Origin: a virus
Taxonomy: Duplodnaviria; Heunggongvirae; Uroviricota; Caudoviricetes
Reading direction: 5' to 3' (one strand)
IMG/VR virus record: IMGVR_UViG_3300003310_000099
Location: 234,295-298,294 of that record
Length of the DNA stretch: 64,000 nt
Both the position numbers and the translations under genes were made by a program. Every line of letters starts with the position of its first letter. Position 1 is the first letter of the stretch. Below are positions 1 to 9,933 of the stretch, piece by piece. The notes under the pieces are model-generated. The model was not told the origin of the DNA. It ran no database searches and saw only the letters and a program-made list of their open reading frames with translations.

Positions 1-15
1 GCAAAGGAGGATTAC

Positions 16-309
16 ATGGTAGTCCAAGATGAAAAAATGCTGGCTTGTTTTGTCAATTCTGAGCAACCACCGCTCAAAGTAAAACACCTGTGTTATTACA
101 CTACACCGAACATTGAGAGTGATAAGATTAACCTCATGGAAGTGTATGAGGCACATTATCCGCATCCTGAAGCGCCAGATGATGCTATTATCCATCTTAC
201 CACAACTAGACTGGTTAAGACACTAAGGCGTTCTGATTATGATTGTGCCCATGTCGTTCTGATGGAAGCACAACAGAAAGCGTGCCGATACATCGAAGTG
301 AGGGGATAA
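16..309 (+). CDS. hypothetical protein
   Basis: ORF with SD GGAGG upstream. Confidence 0.7.
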   Translation: MVVQDEKMLACFVNSEQPPLKVKHLCYYTTPNIESDKINLMEVYEAHYPHPEAPDDAIIHLTTTRLVKTLRRSDYDCAHVVLMEAQQKACRYIEVRG

Positions 310-310
310 A

Positions 311-502
311 ATGATTAAGATTTCTAATCCTGGTAGCGTGGTTTATCCAAATAAGTTCAAGCCTGGTGATAAGGCGAAGGTGCTTAAAGCGGTTGAATTC
401 TGCGATGGCACCCGCCACACCAAGGGTCAAATTGTTCCCGTTACAGAACGCAACGTATCCTATTTCAATGTGTTTCATCAAGATCATGAATTGGAGAATT
501 AA
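311..502 (+). CDS. hypothetical protein
   Basis: coupled ORF. Confidence 0.65.
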   Translation: MIKISNPGSVVYPNKFKPGDKAKVLKAVEFCDGTRHTKGQIVPVTERNVSYFNVFHQDHELEN

Positions 503-932
503 ATGGGCGTTGACTGCAAGATTCTGCTTCCCCACAATGTTCAAGTAAATGATGTTGCTGATATTATCGGCGTTGCGGCTGGTCTTAAAACCAGTCGCCG
601 TCCTTTGAATCACAATGATGCTTGGTCGCTTGAAGTCCACGGCGTTGGCGTCAAGCCCTCAATCGTTCTGACTCTTGCTGACATTCAAATCACTGCACCA
701 GATGGCACTTTTTTGGTTGGTTGATTTCTTCGGTGGTCGTATGGACTATCAAGATTGCGATGATTCATACGAAGATTATACCAAGTGGCCTAAGTCCAGT
801 CGTCACAATCGTCCTCAAGATGGCAAGCCTTGGCAGAACTTCCAGAAGCGTATGGAAGCAGTCAAGCCTCTAACCAAGGAAGAACTTGAAACTTTCGATT
901 GTTTTGCTGCATACAAACGAAAGGATATGTAA
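503..932 (+). pseudogene. probable frameshifted gene (503-724 + 675-932)
   Basis: overlapping ORFs switch frame near T6 run at ~709-714; second ORF lacks a good start. Confidence 0.4.
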
Positions 933-1201
933 TGCGTCCACCTAATGCAAAAAGTGTGCAGGAAGCTGTTGAACAGCTAAAAGAGGCTGAAAGTCTCTTT
1001 CTGTATGCTCGTAAAGGCATGGGAATGTACAATCCAAAGGATGCTTGGGAGAATTTCAGGGCACATTGCCAACAGTTATCCCAATGGATCGAACATGGAC
1101 GTGGCGTTACCGAAGAAATGAAACCTGAATTAGTCAAGACGCTATTTGCGTCTGAAAAAATTCTAGGGGATAATGATAAATACGATCCGCGTAAACATTG
1201 A
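932..1201 (+). CDS. hypothetical protein
   Basis: TAATG-coupled start. Confidence 0.65.
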   Translation: MRPPNAKSVQEAVEQLKEAESLFLYARKGMGMYNPKDAWENFRAHCQQLSQWIEHGRGVTEEMKPELVKTLFASEKILGDNDKYDPRKH

Positions 1202-1237
1202 AGTCCTGATGGTTGTTCATTGTAGGAGGTTTCATTG

Positions 1238-1576
1238 ATGAAAAAGGCTTTCTTTATCTATACTTCTGACGAAGACGGCTGCGTTGGTTTTAAGTGTGCT
1301 TTGGAAATTCCTGAAAGTATTCACACATATGAAGATGCAATTAATCATCTGCATCCTATTCTTGCCAGTCCAGAGTTCGTCAAGGATTTGATTGAAGGTG
1401 ATGCTCTGGATGATGATTTGTTCATGGGGCATAAGTTCAAGCTTACCTATTGCGGGTATCGCAACTATAATTTGGAATATGAATTCCAATACTGTGGCGA
1501 TGAAGAAATTGATGAAGATGAATTGTATCCAACACAGATTCACTACAAGGACATGGATTTCATTACCATTTGGTGA
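1238..1576 (+). CDS. acidic hypothetical protein
   Basis: SD AGGAGG. Confidence 0.7.
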   Translation: MKKAFFIYTSDEDGCVGFKCALEIPESIHTYEDAINHLHPILASPEFVKDLIEGDALDDDLFMGHKFKLTYCGYRNYNLEYEFQYCGDEEIDEDELYPTQIHYKDMDFITIW

Positions 1577-1578
1577 TT

Positions 1579-1848
1579 ATGGACCAATTATTTGAAAAAG
1601 CTTTGTATCTCGCCAATGATTTGAGTGGGATTAACAACACTGGCATGGCTTCTGTCAGAGTCCAGTGGCATCCTTATGAATGTCATTGGGAAGGCGAAGC
1701 TAATTGGAGTTGTAATACTCGGCTGGTAGCTCATGGTGACAGTCCAACCGATGCTGTTCTAGCATTGATTGATCTATTAGAAGATGAAAAAGAGCAAAAG
1801 GGTTGGCGTGAGTTATCGAAGCAATCCTTGAAAGATTGGGCTAATTAA
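1579..1848 (+). CDS. hypothetical protein
   Basis: ORF in operon. Confidence 0.65.
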   Translation: MDQLFEKALYLANDLSGINNTGMASVRVQWHPYECHWEGEANWSCNTRLVAHGDSPTDAVLALIDLLEDEKEQKGWRELSKQSLKDWAN

Positions 1849-1927
1849 TGTACACTTATAGGCTTTACAATAAAGATACAAAGGCATTAAGTGTAAAGAG
1901 ACTCAGAACGTCGTAGAGATTTAGAAA

Positions 1928-2140
1928 ATGAAAGAAATCATTATTGGACTTGTTGCCTTCATCATAGGTATGACATTTTATGTCAGCTATAATCGTCCCT
2001 ATTACGAAATGCGTGGTGTATTAGTAGTCGAATGGCGTCCTTTGGGGGTTGGGTTTTCTTACACTTGGAGCGGCCCTGGTTTCTGCGAAAATTATCCGCC
2101 TGAGTGGAACATTTACCGTGGTACAGTGAGGTTCAAATGA
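1928..2140 (+). CDS. small membrane protein
   Basis: N-terminal hydrophobic helix. Confidence 0.6.
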   Translation: MKEIIIGLVAFIIGMTFYVSYNRPYYEMRGVLVVEWRPLGVGFSYTWSGPGFCENYPPEWNIYRGTVRFK

Positions 2141-3066
2141 TCGTTCTCATTATGGGCTACAATGCTGCTGGCAAAAGCACTTTGGTTGAAAACTATACCA
2201 AAGATGGTTTTCATCGTGTAAACCGTGATGAACTTGGCGGCAAACTCGACAATCTTCCCCTAATCGTTGCCGATCTGCATAAGAAAGGCACAAAGAAGTT
2301 CGTATTAGACAATACTTATGCGGATATTGAGAGCCGTAAGAGTATTATTGAATGCGCAAAGAAACTCAAGCTGCCCATCAAGTGTGTGCTGCTTGACACC
2401 AGTTTCGAGGATGCTCAATTCAATGCCTGTACGCGGATGGTCCGTAAGGTTGGCAGGTTGATGGACCCCGAAGATTTCAAAACGTGCAAAGACCCTAATT
2501 TATTCCCTCCTGTTGCTTTATTTTCCTATAAAAAGCGTTTTCAGAAGCCCACTACTGCCGAAGGGTTTGAATCGGTAGAGAAGGTGCCATTTGTTCGCAA
2601 GAAAGACCCAAAGTATTGCAATAAGGCTCTTATTTTGGATTATGATGATTGTTTAAGGGTGTCGAAAACTGAACAAGGCTATCCTATTAAACCATCAGAT
2701 TTGAAGATTTTACCAGGACGTAAAGAAAAGCTTGCTGAATACGTCAAAAATGGCTATAGGTTGTTAGGAGCTTCTAATCAATCTGGTATTGCTAAGGGCA
2801 TCCTTACTGTTCAGCAAGCTGTGGATTGTTTTGAAGAAACTAACCGTTTATTGGGTCATAATATTGACTATTTTTTCTGTAGACATTCCATACCTCCTGT
2901 TGTATGCTATTGTCGGAAGCCACAGGTAGGAATTTTTGTGCATTTTCGAGAAAAATATTTTCTTGATCCAGCACAATGTATTTTTGTAGGCGATCAAAAA
3001 ACCGATGAAACCTTTGCGGTCAGATGTGGAATGAAATTTTATTACGCAAATGAATTTTTTCAATAG
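2137..3066 (+). CDS. polynucleotide kinase/phosphatase (P-loop kinase + HAD IIIA phosphatase)
   Basis: GYNAAGKST P-loop, VNRDEL, VLDNT; HAD motifs LDYDD, SNQSGI, CRKP, FVGD. Confidence 0.85.
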   Translation: MIVLIMGYNAAGKSTLVENYTKDGFHRVNRDELGGKLDNLPLIVADLHKKGTKKFVLDNTYADIESRKSIIECAKKLKLPIKCVLLDTSFEDAQFNACTRMVRKVGRLMDPEDFKTCKDPNLFPPVALFSYKKRFQKPTTAEGFESVEKVPFVRKKDPKYCNKALILDYDDCLRVSKTEQGYPIKPSDLKILPGRKEKLAEYVKNGYRLLGASNQSGIAKGILTVQQAVDCFEETNRLLGHNIDYFFCRHSIPPVVCYCRKPQVGIFVHFREKYFLDPAQCIFVGDQKTDETFAVRCGMKFYYANEFFQ

Positions 3067-3067
3067 T

Positions 3068-3928
3068 ATGTCTAATTTTATAGTTAAGTGCAACCAATGT
3101 AATGGTGAAATTGATGTTAAGACAAAGGCTAGGCTTGATAAGATTAAAAAACAATCTTATCTGTGTAAGATTTGTATTATAGAAAATAAAAGTAGGATTT
3201 GTCCAAAATGTAATGGTAAGATATTATATCAATCGCCGTATTCTAAAAGACAAGCAGAGGTTAAAAATTCTATATGTAAAAAATGTTGTTCCAATCAAAT
3301 ACCCAATATTTTTACAGATAATCAAAAAGAATTCATTGATGGTTTGTTGTTAGGTGATGCGAGCATTGTATACCCAAGTAAAAATTCTATTTATCCCAGA
3401 TTGACTTTATCCAGAAAAGCAGAGGATAAGGATTATTTATTTTGGCAATATGATGTATTCAGAGATTTTTATACTGATACTGGACCCACACCTAAGAACT
3501 TTTTTGACTATAGAACTGGAAAAACATATTTTCAATATCATTTACAAAGCAAAAGTGGTGAAGTTTTTACTGAGTATTATAAAAAGTGGTATCCAAATAA
3601 AAAGAAGATTATTCCAAGGGACTTAAAACTTACTCCGACAACATTGCTGGTTTGGTTTTTGGATGATGGAACAATTATTCGTGTCTCTGATGCCAACCTA
3701 ACACTTTGGTTAGCCACCAATGGATTTTGCGAAGAGGATGTTCGCTTTCTTGGCGAAGCTCTGCAAGCCTATTTTGGTCAAGGTTTTCATGTATATGGCA
3801 ATAGTAATAGAGGATACAAAATTAAATGCTCTACAGAATCAACGTTAAAATTTATTAAAGCCATCGACCCTGTTTTTCCAAATTGCATGAAGAGAAAAAG
3901 AACATGGGAATGGCGACCAACAAACTGA
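3068..3928 (+). CDS. LAGLIDADG homing endonuclease with N-terminal Cys fingers
   Basis: IDGLLLGDAS and LLVWFLDDG motifs, LATNGF; CxxC pairs; AT-rich. Confidence 0.85.
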   Translation: MSNFIVKCNQCNGEIDVKTKARLDKIKKQSYLCKICIIENKSRICPKCNGKILYQSPYSKRQAEVKNSICKKCCSNQIPNIFTDNQKEFIDGLLLGDASIVYPSKNSIYPRLTLSRKAEDKDYLFWQYDVFRDFYTDTGPTPKNFFDYRTGKTYFQYHLQSKSGEVFTEYYKKWYPNKKKIIPRDLKLTPTTLLVWFLDDGTIIRVSDANLTLWLATNGFCEEDVRFLGEALQAYFGQGFHVYGNSNRGYKIKCSTESTLKFIKAIDPVFPNCMKRKRTWEWRPTN

Positions 3929-3982
3929 TTCTACCTTTCCACCAGATGCGGATTTGTTTTTGCTAAGGATTTTTTTAAGTAA
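3912..3982 (+). pseudogene. degenerate displaced copy of the PNKP 3' end
   Basis: GDQQTDSTF/TRCG/FVFAKDFFK* aligns with PNKP GDQKTDETFAVRCGMKFYYANEFFQ* (2989-3066). Confidence 0.8.
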
Positions 3983-4461
3983 TGGAAATTTTCAAACCTG
4001 TCATCGGGCTTTATGCTTGGGGAACTTGGTGGGATAATCAAGCAGGAACCAACATTGAGTTTGGTAATCCATCAATGGTGGTGCATAAAGAAAAACTGCA
4101 CAGTAAAGGGCCATCCGCTGGCAAAAGAAGTCGATGGGTTCAAATTAAAGGTGAATGCGGCTTACATTTATGGCTGACTTCATGGACTATCATGGAGGAT
4201 AATGACGTAGCTGCCACGATTGATTCTCCATATGAAGGTAATTTCAATTCAATTAAGGCCGCTTTGCATAGGTTAGAAGGCAAGAAGTTAGAATCTATTG
4301 ATATAGATTCTAATGCTACCACCACATTTAGTTTTGATTTAGGTGGAAAGTTGATATGCAAAAGATTTGACGAGTGGAAGTCCGATGAAGAGTTGTGGTG
4401 CTTGCGTACTCCTGGCAAATTTCATGTCTGTTACGCAGATGGAAGCATACGAACCAGTTAA
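3982..4461 (+). CDS. hypothetical protein
   Basis: 159 aa ORF. Confidence 0.7.
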   Translation: MEIFKPVIGLYAWGTWWDNQAGTNIEFGNPSMVVHKEKLHSKGPSAGKRSRWVQIKGECGLHLWLTSWTIMEDNDVAATIDSPYEGNFNSIKAALHRLEGKKLESIDIDSNATTTFSFDLGGKLICKRFDEWKSDEELWCLRTPGKFHVCYADGSIRTS

Positions 4462-4716
4462 ATGAATAAGAAATCTATCATTCCTTTGTATGATCGTAAA
4501 ATTTATTGGAATATACTTAAAGACTGTGCAGCTATGTTCGGCATGAGTAAAAAAGACATTAATGCACAAGTCAAAAAGTTAAAATCAGAATTGTTTAACG
4601 ATGATTTATTTTATCACCATGAACCACTATATTGGGCAGCAAGTTGGGCTGGAATAGATAATCCAGACGATTATCATACCCAATATAGAGAAATACAGAA
4701 AAAATATTATGGATGA
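4462..4716 (+). CDS. hypothetical protein
   Basis: coupled ORF. Confidence 0.65.
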   Translation: MNKKSIIPLYDRKIYWNILKDCAAMFGMSKKDINAQVKKLKSELFNDDLFYHHEPLYWAASWAGIDNPDDYHTQYREIQKKYYG

Positions 4717-4725
4717 CATGGACAC

Positions 4726-4983
4726 ATGAAAAATCGCATTGCAGACATTTTGGACATATCCAAAATGACGGACGAACAAAAAAAGCAACAGGAAGAGGAC
4801 TTCCTAGCCAAGTCCTATATTTGCGATAAGTGTAGAAACTTACATATGTCCAGTGAAAACCTGGATGGCAATGTCTGCTTTCCACCAATGGGCGATCATC
4901 ATTGCGATGGCATTTTGCGTAAAGCAAGAAGCCTGGATGATGTATTTGGACCAGCAACAAAGGAAGAGAATCGAAATGAGTGA
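4726..4983 (+). CDS. hypothetical protein (Cys-containing)
   Basis: ORF, CxxC. Confidence 0.6.
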   Translation: MKNRIADILDISKMTDEQKKQQEEDFLAKSYICDKCRNLHMSSENLDGNVCFPPMGDHHCDGILRKARSLDDVFGPATKEENRNE

Positions 4984-5500
4984 AGAAATCCTACGTCGCT
5001 GGTATAAGGCTCATAAGACGGCGGAAGAGAATCCTAAACTTCTCCTGCGTAACGTCGGTGTCAAAGAATGTACTCGCATTAGCAAACTTTGCGGCGACCG
5101 CATGAAAGAATGCGCTGCGGCGGATGAAGAACTTCTAAAGGTAGAAGGCATTCCTCTCGTCAATCTATTCAAGGAAGCTACCGCCAATCGACCAAAATGT
5201 GGATGTACTTTAGGTGCATTTCGTGGTAGTTATCACCCTGAATGCTGGTGTAGGCTCAAGGAATGGTTTGCATATAGAGACGCTTTGATGGTTTTCATTT
5301 TTGAGAATTACATCAGAGATACGGAATACATGCAGGAGTATCGGCTTGCAGAAAGATTGCAGGCAGAAGATATCGGTGAGAATTTGTTAAGAAGAATGAA
5401 TCATTGGCCTGCATTGAGTGATACTTTGGAAGCAATGTCTCATCAAGATTATGCCGATCTTGAGGAAGAAATAGTCTCGATGATAGAGAGGAGTTTATAA
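4976..5500 (+). CDS. hypothetical protein
   Basis: start moved to ATG 4976. Confidence 0.65.
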   Translation: MSEEILRRWYKAHKTAEENPKLLLRNVGVKECTRISKLCGDRMKECAAADEELLKVEGIPLVNLFKEATANRPKCGCTLGAFRGSYHPECWCRLKEWFAYRDALMVFIFENYIRDTEYMQEYRLAERLQAEDIGENLLRRMNHWPALSDTLEAMSHQDYADLEEEIVSMIERSL

Positions 5501-5683
5501 ATGGACTTTTTCACAAGCTGCGGTCATTGTGGGTTCATGCACAGTGGCGTTTGCCCAAGAATCAAATCTATAGAATACTATGAAAATGGCATGATTAAGA
5601 AAATTGAGTATCATGGTCCTAATGAGCAACAGATGCCTCAGTACGATGATGAAGACGTACATGATGGCGTGCTACCTTTTTAG
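5501..5683 (+). CDS. small Cys/His protein
   Basis: CGHC..H...CP; SD AGGAG. Confidence 0.6.
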   Translation: MDFFTSCGHCGFMHSGVCPRIKSIEYYENGMIKKIEYHGPNEQQMPQYDDEDVHDGVLPF

Positions 5684-5684
5684 C

Positions 5685-5712
5685 TTTACAGATGCTGTTT
5701 TTGTAGTAGACT
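5685..5712 (+). promoter_or_regulatory. sigma70-type promoter
   Basis: TTTACA-N16-TAGACT. Confidence 0.5.
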
Positions 5713-5720
5713 AGGAGTGT

Positions 5721-5906
5721 ATGATGCCTCGTAGAGTCTTCTATGTGGATATTTCTAACCTTCTGGATCGGTGGTTTTTCTTCACTGACCTTGATAACTT
5801 CATGGGTTTTTTTAGTAAATCCAAAACCCGTCCAATTCCAGAAGTGGTAAAAGAATGGAATGACAAGTACGCAAAGCATCCAAAACAGTATGTTTTTTGT
5901 AGGTGA
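5721..5906 (+). CDS. hypothetical protein
   Basis: SD AGGAG. Confidence 0.55.
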   Translation: MMPRRVFYVDISNLLDRWFFFTDLDNFMGFFSKSKTRPIPEVVKEWNDKYAKHPKQYVFCR

Positions 5907-5909
5907 AAC

Positions 5910-6113
5910 ATGGAATGCGATGAATTCCTTTACATTATTCGAAATCACAGCCCGCAGGATATCGTTCAAGCAGAGCGAATCATGATGATTTGCCACTTGA
6001 AGGAATGTGAATCTTGTGCGAAGCTTATTGGCGAACAAATCAAATTGCATGGTGTAGTAAATGACGATGAAATTAAGAGATTGTCAGCAATGGATAGAGA
6101 GGTGGTGAACTAA
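5910..6113 (+). CDS. hypothetical protein
   Basis: ORF, HxxxCxxC. Confidence 0.6.
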   Translation: MECDEFLYIIRNHSPQDIVQAERIMMICHLKECESCAKLIGEQIKLHGVVNDDEIKRLSAMDREVVN

Positions 6114-6409
6114 TGGCTACTGTGGTTATGCAACGATGGCTAGAGAGTGAACGTGGTTGGAGCATAAGAGACGACGGAGTAAGTCTGCACCTAAGCGAAA
6201 AAGATCGTGTAGCTTATTGCAAACAATATTGGGCTGATGAAAAGAAAAGGAATACAACAGGTGAAGTGCCTGATGAGTATTCCAGGGAAGATGGCAGTCC
6301 AGTCTTGATTGATTTGGATAAGCGTAGTAAACTCTACAAGGATTTGGTGAAGTCCAAGCATGGTATTCGAGTTTACGGAGCATCCAAATGGCTAAAACAA
6401 TCAGTGTAG
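6113..6409 (+). CDS. hypothetical protein
   Basis: coupled ORF. Confidence 0.7.
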   Translation: MATVVMQRWLESERGWSIRDDGVSLHLSEKDRVAYCKQYWADEKKRNTTGEVPDEYSREDGSPVLIDLDKRSKLYKDLVKSKHGIRVYGASKWLKQSV

Positions 6410-6588
6410 ACTCAAAACAATTTGAAATGCTTTTCCAGCAGACTTTGGACAAACTGGAATTAGCGGCACTGAATGCTAATAAGCATAATTTTAACCCTGA
6501 AAGTCAAGCTATTCGTGACTTGCATCGGGCGTTCCACTATTATGTTCACGAATTGAAAAGGAATCTGGAAGATGCACCAGCAGGTTAA
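6388..6588 (+). CDS. hypothetical protein
   Basis: ORF. Confidence 0.55.
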   Translation: MAKTISVDSKQFEMLFQQTLDKLELAALNANKHNFNPESQAIRDLHRAFHYYVHELKRNLEDAPAG

Positions 6589-6598
6589 TATATAGTGC

Positions 6599-6823
6599 AT
6601 GATTACATTTACAACATGGCTAGAACGACGTGAAGGCGTTGGGTCTAAAATCTTGGCATTAGCACTGCCAATGGGTTCAGCAATAGCAGGTGGCGCAGCT
6701 GGTTTAGCTGCGGGTGGACCAGCAGGAGTATTACCAGGATGGCTTCTTGGTAAAAAATTAGGGGTCAAAGGTTCTGAAAAGCTTTTCCCACAAAGCACAG
6801 CAGAACTGATGAAAAAGAAATGA
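6599..6823 (+). CDS. putative late/head-internal protein with glycine zipper
   Basis: ATATATA 4 nt before ATG; MITFTTWLERRE; GSAIAGGAAGLAAGG. Confidence 0.6.
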   Translation: MITFTTWLERREGVGSKILALALPMGSAIAGGAAGLAAGGPAGVLPGWLLGKKLGVKGSEKLFPQSTAELMKKK

Positions 6824-7003
6824 CCGAAGAAGACATTGCTAAGATCAAGGAAATCCTTTTAGAAGAGATTGTAAGTAAGCTTACGATTTCATTAAGTCAA
6901 GAGGGTGACAACTATGGTGGTCCAGGTGGCTCTCTTAGTGTCTGTCTAAGATACGATGGTCAAATAATTGGGCAAGATTCAGTTTCTTATTAGGAGTTAA
7001 ACA

Positions 7004-7198
7004 ATGAGAACTGCACAATTTGAAGGCAATATCCCGATGGCATTTTCTCTTGAGGATGCAGTAGCTAATTCTCTTATTGAGAAGGCCACTGAGCATTCCA
7101 AGAAAACAAAGAAGACCGCATCCAGTTTTGTCAACGAAGTATTAAAGTTGGCACTCAAAAACCAGGATATTCTTAATGCGGTGGAGAATGGAAACTGA
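7004..7198 (+). CDS. hypothetical protein
   Basis: SD AGGAG. Confidence 0.6.
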   Translation: MRTAQFEGNIPMAFSLEDAVANSLIEKATEHSKKTKKTASSFVNEVLKLALKNQDILNAVENGN

Positions 7199-7415
7199 AA
7201 TTTTAGATTCCAAAGTGGTTTGTACCATATTGGAAGTGGTAATAGACGATTATCTAAAGGCTGACACCTTTTATAATCGTCTATTTAACCATAAAAAGAT
7301 CGCAGAAGCCAAGAAAGAATTGTTCAAAGTTTACCAAATGGCCTGTTCACAATTAAACCTGAAATATAACTCAGAACTACAAGAGTTAGTGGAAGGTATC
7401 GAGGAGGTTTTGTAA
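7188..7415 (+). CDS. hypothetical protein
   Basis: ORF. Confidence 0.6.
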   Translation: METEILDSKVVCTILEVVIDDYLKADTFYNRLFNHKKIAEAKKELFKVYQMACSQLNLKYNSELQELVEGIEEVL

Positions 7416-7785
7416 ATGTGTGAGAATTGCAAGAAGCAACGTAATGTTGTTGCTTGTTCCGTCTGTGGCAAGAAGACTTGCGACCGTTGTGGGCTTAATG
7501 TGATTCATGAAAACGGTCCTTGGGTATGCGTCGGTGGTGGAAAGTGTCACTTCATCGCTCGTCAGCAACCTTTGGTGAAGAAATGATGCTTAAAATCATG
7601 CAACCAGCATACATTCCTATTTCACAGGAATTGTATGCGGTTATAGAAAAGTATTTCTCCAAGAACAGGCGGTATTGTTGTCAGGATATTCAGGAAGCAA
7701 CCGAACCTGGGACTAAATTATCCGACGAAGCAGACCAGTTGCGCGCCCAATACGGGCAGTTTTACTTCACGTTATATGATGAATA

Positions 7786-8052
7786 ATGGATAAGCGGAAA
7801 AAAGATAAAGTATGTCCTAAATGCCACGTCTCTGGGTTTATCCACGATGGCTGGACATGCACTGGTCGCCCTCACTTCACCTGCCAAGGTTGCAAATCCG
7901 ACTGGACTTGTGGTAATAAGGACGGCAAACCTTATTACGATAATGCTTTAAGCCATCCAGACAAAATCATCATTCTAGGCTGGACGCAGGAAGATTACGA
8001 TTGTTATAATCTCAGTGTTGAGAATGGGGTTGTTCGTTTTGAGAGAAAGTAA
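7786..8052 (+). CDS. zinc-ribbon protein
   Basis: CPKC...CQGC. Confidence 0.6.
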   Translation: MDKRKKDKVCPKCHVSGFIHDGWTCTGRPHFTCQGCKSDWTCGNKDGKPYYDNALSHPDKIIILGWTQEDYDCYNLSVENGVVRFERK

Positions 8053-8132
8053 TGGGATTAAGCAAATTACCCATTGGCACACCCATCAGGAGGGTAAAAA
8101 CAGAACCTAAAGGTTCTGGTGCCTTTTCCTGA

Positions 8133-8396
8133 ATGGCTCATTCATTCGGGCGTACAGTTAGTGCGCCTAAACACATGAAGAATGAAGTGGGCGACGGTCC
8201 CTCTGGCATTTGTGTATTACTTCATTGTCAGTGCATGAACCAAAAAATGAGCAAAATGCACAAACCTTGGTATAAGGGCGAATATGAGATTCTAACAGAG
8301 AAAGAATACCAAATGTTAGTGCGATATCATGATGAAACATGCAACGTTCTCAAAGAGACAGAATGTCAAATGTTGGTAAGGTATAAAAATGCTTAA
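8133..8396 (+). CDS. hypothetical protein with C-terminal duplication
   Basis: QMLVRY twice. Confidence 0.55.
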   Translation: MAHSFGRTVSAPKHMKNEVGDGPSGICVLLHCQCMNQKMSKMHKPWYKGEYEILTEKEYQMLVRYHDETCNVLKETECQMLVRYKNA

Positions 8397-8697
8397 AGAA
8401 ATAACAACGACTGTGGAAGTATGTGATGTTTGTGAAAAATATCCAATGCGTTATCGTTGTCAAGGATGTTCTAAATCAGTTTGTCATAATTGCGTCAATG
8501 ATTTCACTCAGTTTCAACGTAGAGTCAGAACTAGTAGTTTGTATACAATAAAATTTTGCCCTGAGTGTATTAAAGTGGAAACACCTTTAATTAAACAGCT
8601 TCAAAGGATTAGTGATTTAAGCAAGGAGTGGTGGGCTTTGTGTGAAAAGTATGATAAATTAGCAGAAGAAGCTGAGTATGGTATTGAGGTTGATTAA
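8389..8697 (+). CDS. zinc-finger protein
   Basis: four CxxC pairs. Confidence 0.65.
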   Translation: MLKEITTTVEVCDVCEKYPMRYRCQGCSKSVCHNCVNDFTQFQRRVRTSSLYTIKFCPECIKVETPLIKQLQRISDLSKEWWALCEKYDKLAEEAEYGIEVD

Positions 8698-9035
8698 TGC
8701 ACCCTACACCCCGAAAGCCTATGCGAACCTTGGAAGGTGCCATAGGTAAAAAGCCTTGTGAGATTAAACTGCAAAGTATATTGCAGGAGTTGGGGGATCG
8801 TGTAGCAGTCAACAAAGTATTCGGCACACTATTAGATTTTCGTGAAGGTTTGAAACAAATTGGACATATCCCCGACAAGAAATGGCGTGGGCGTTGCTGG
8901 ATAGAACTTAAAGATAAAACCGCTCAACGATTTACTAATTTATATAAGACTTATGGCTGGCCTGAGACATTATACACTCATGCTTTATGTTGTATGACAG
9001 CTTATTTTAGAGAAACATGGAATAATGACAAATGA
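8697..9035 (+). CDS. hypothetical protein
   Basis: coupled ORF. Confidence 0.6.
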   Translation: MHPTPRKPMRTLEGAIGKKPCEIKLQSILQELGDRVAVNKVFGTLLDFREGLKQIGHIPDKKWRGRCWIELKDKTAQRFTNLYKTYGWPETLYTHALCCMTAYFRETWNNDK

Positions 9036-9209
9036 CCCCTTTTATTATACTATATTTAGCAATTGGGTTTTTAATTGCCGCCAATGCCCTTAAATTACTC
9101 GATGGACTTCCAACCTGGGCTAAGGTTGCTGCATTTACATTTGACTTATTTCTCTGGCCCATGCATCTTTTAATCAGTGTACTTATAATTTTAGTAGCTA
9201 GGAGATAAT

Positions 9210-9641
9210 ATGAGAAAGTTTTTTGCTTGTGTGTTAGTTGTGCTTGCTCTGCTCAATTGCAGTTGTGGTGTATTCGTTGCTGAGCGTATGATGGACAAAA
9301 TGACCGAAATGATGGAGAAGATGGCTGAGCTTCAATTGAAGATTGAAAAAGAACGGCGTGCCCAAATCTACACCATTGAAGGTGTAGTAGCAAAAGTAGA
9401 AATGCTTACAGTAGAAAGAGAACTGGAAGCTGCCAAAGAGATGGATAAAGAACTTAAAGCAGAGAAAAATATAAAGATCAATACGAAAAGGACTTATAAG
9501 GTTTACAATGTCATTTTTGAAGATGGTAGGGAAAAGGAATTTAGTGCTGTGCCTTCCAAGCCATTAGAGGCTGGTGTTGCCTATATTATCACCTACAATG
9601 GCATGAACGAGATTACTGAAATTAAGAAGGTACAACCATGA
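9210..9641 (+). CDS. putative lipoprotein/exported protein
   Basis: signal-like N-terminus ending in Cys; SD AGGAG. Confidence 0.6.
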   Translation: MRKFFACVLVVLALLNCSCGVFVAERMMDKMTEMMEKMAELQLKIEKERRAQIYTIEGVVAKVEMLTVERELEAAKEMDKELKAEKNIKINTKRTYKVYNVIFEDGREKEFSAVPSKPLEAGVAYIITYNGMNEITEIKKVQP

Positions 9642-9922
9642 AATGGAAAGTATATGAACCGACTCCTGGCCCGCCTTTAATGAACTGTAAAGGCGTCAGC
9701 TATATGGGTTATGGGATAAAACGCAATGGTCAGTTCCTTGATAAAGAAGATGACATTAAGGATGGCGATACGTTTGCTATACTTGGTGGAGAGGATTGGA
9801 TTGTAGAAAATAATAAGCGTTGGGGTAGGAACGGCACAACTTATTGTGCTTTAGAGTTTGCTAAAGACGACAGGAAATGTTGGGTGGCGGCTGGTTTCTG
9901 GTACTGCCCACAGAAAGCTTAG
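9638..9922 (+). CDS. hypothetical protein
   Basis: stop TAG lies within the repeat element. Confidence 0.65.
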   Translation: MKWKVYEPTPGPPLMNCKGVSYMGYGIKRNGQFLDKEDDIKDGDTFAILGGEDWIVENNKRWGRNGTTYCALEFAKDDRKCWVAAGFWYCPQKA

Positions 9923-9933
9923 CTGTACCGAGG
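9918..9933 (+). promoter_or_regulatory. CTTAGCTGTAC element copy 1
   Basis: exact 11-mer core. Confidence 0.8.

Noticed and set aside
3068-3928. Group I intron around the LAGLIDADG gene
   Set aside because: PNKP ends with its own stop, there is no room for an intron core, and the downstream copy is frameshifted
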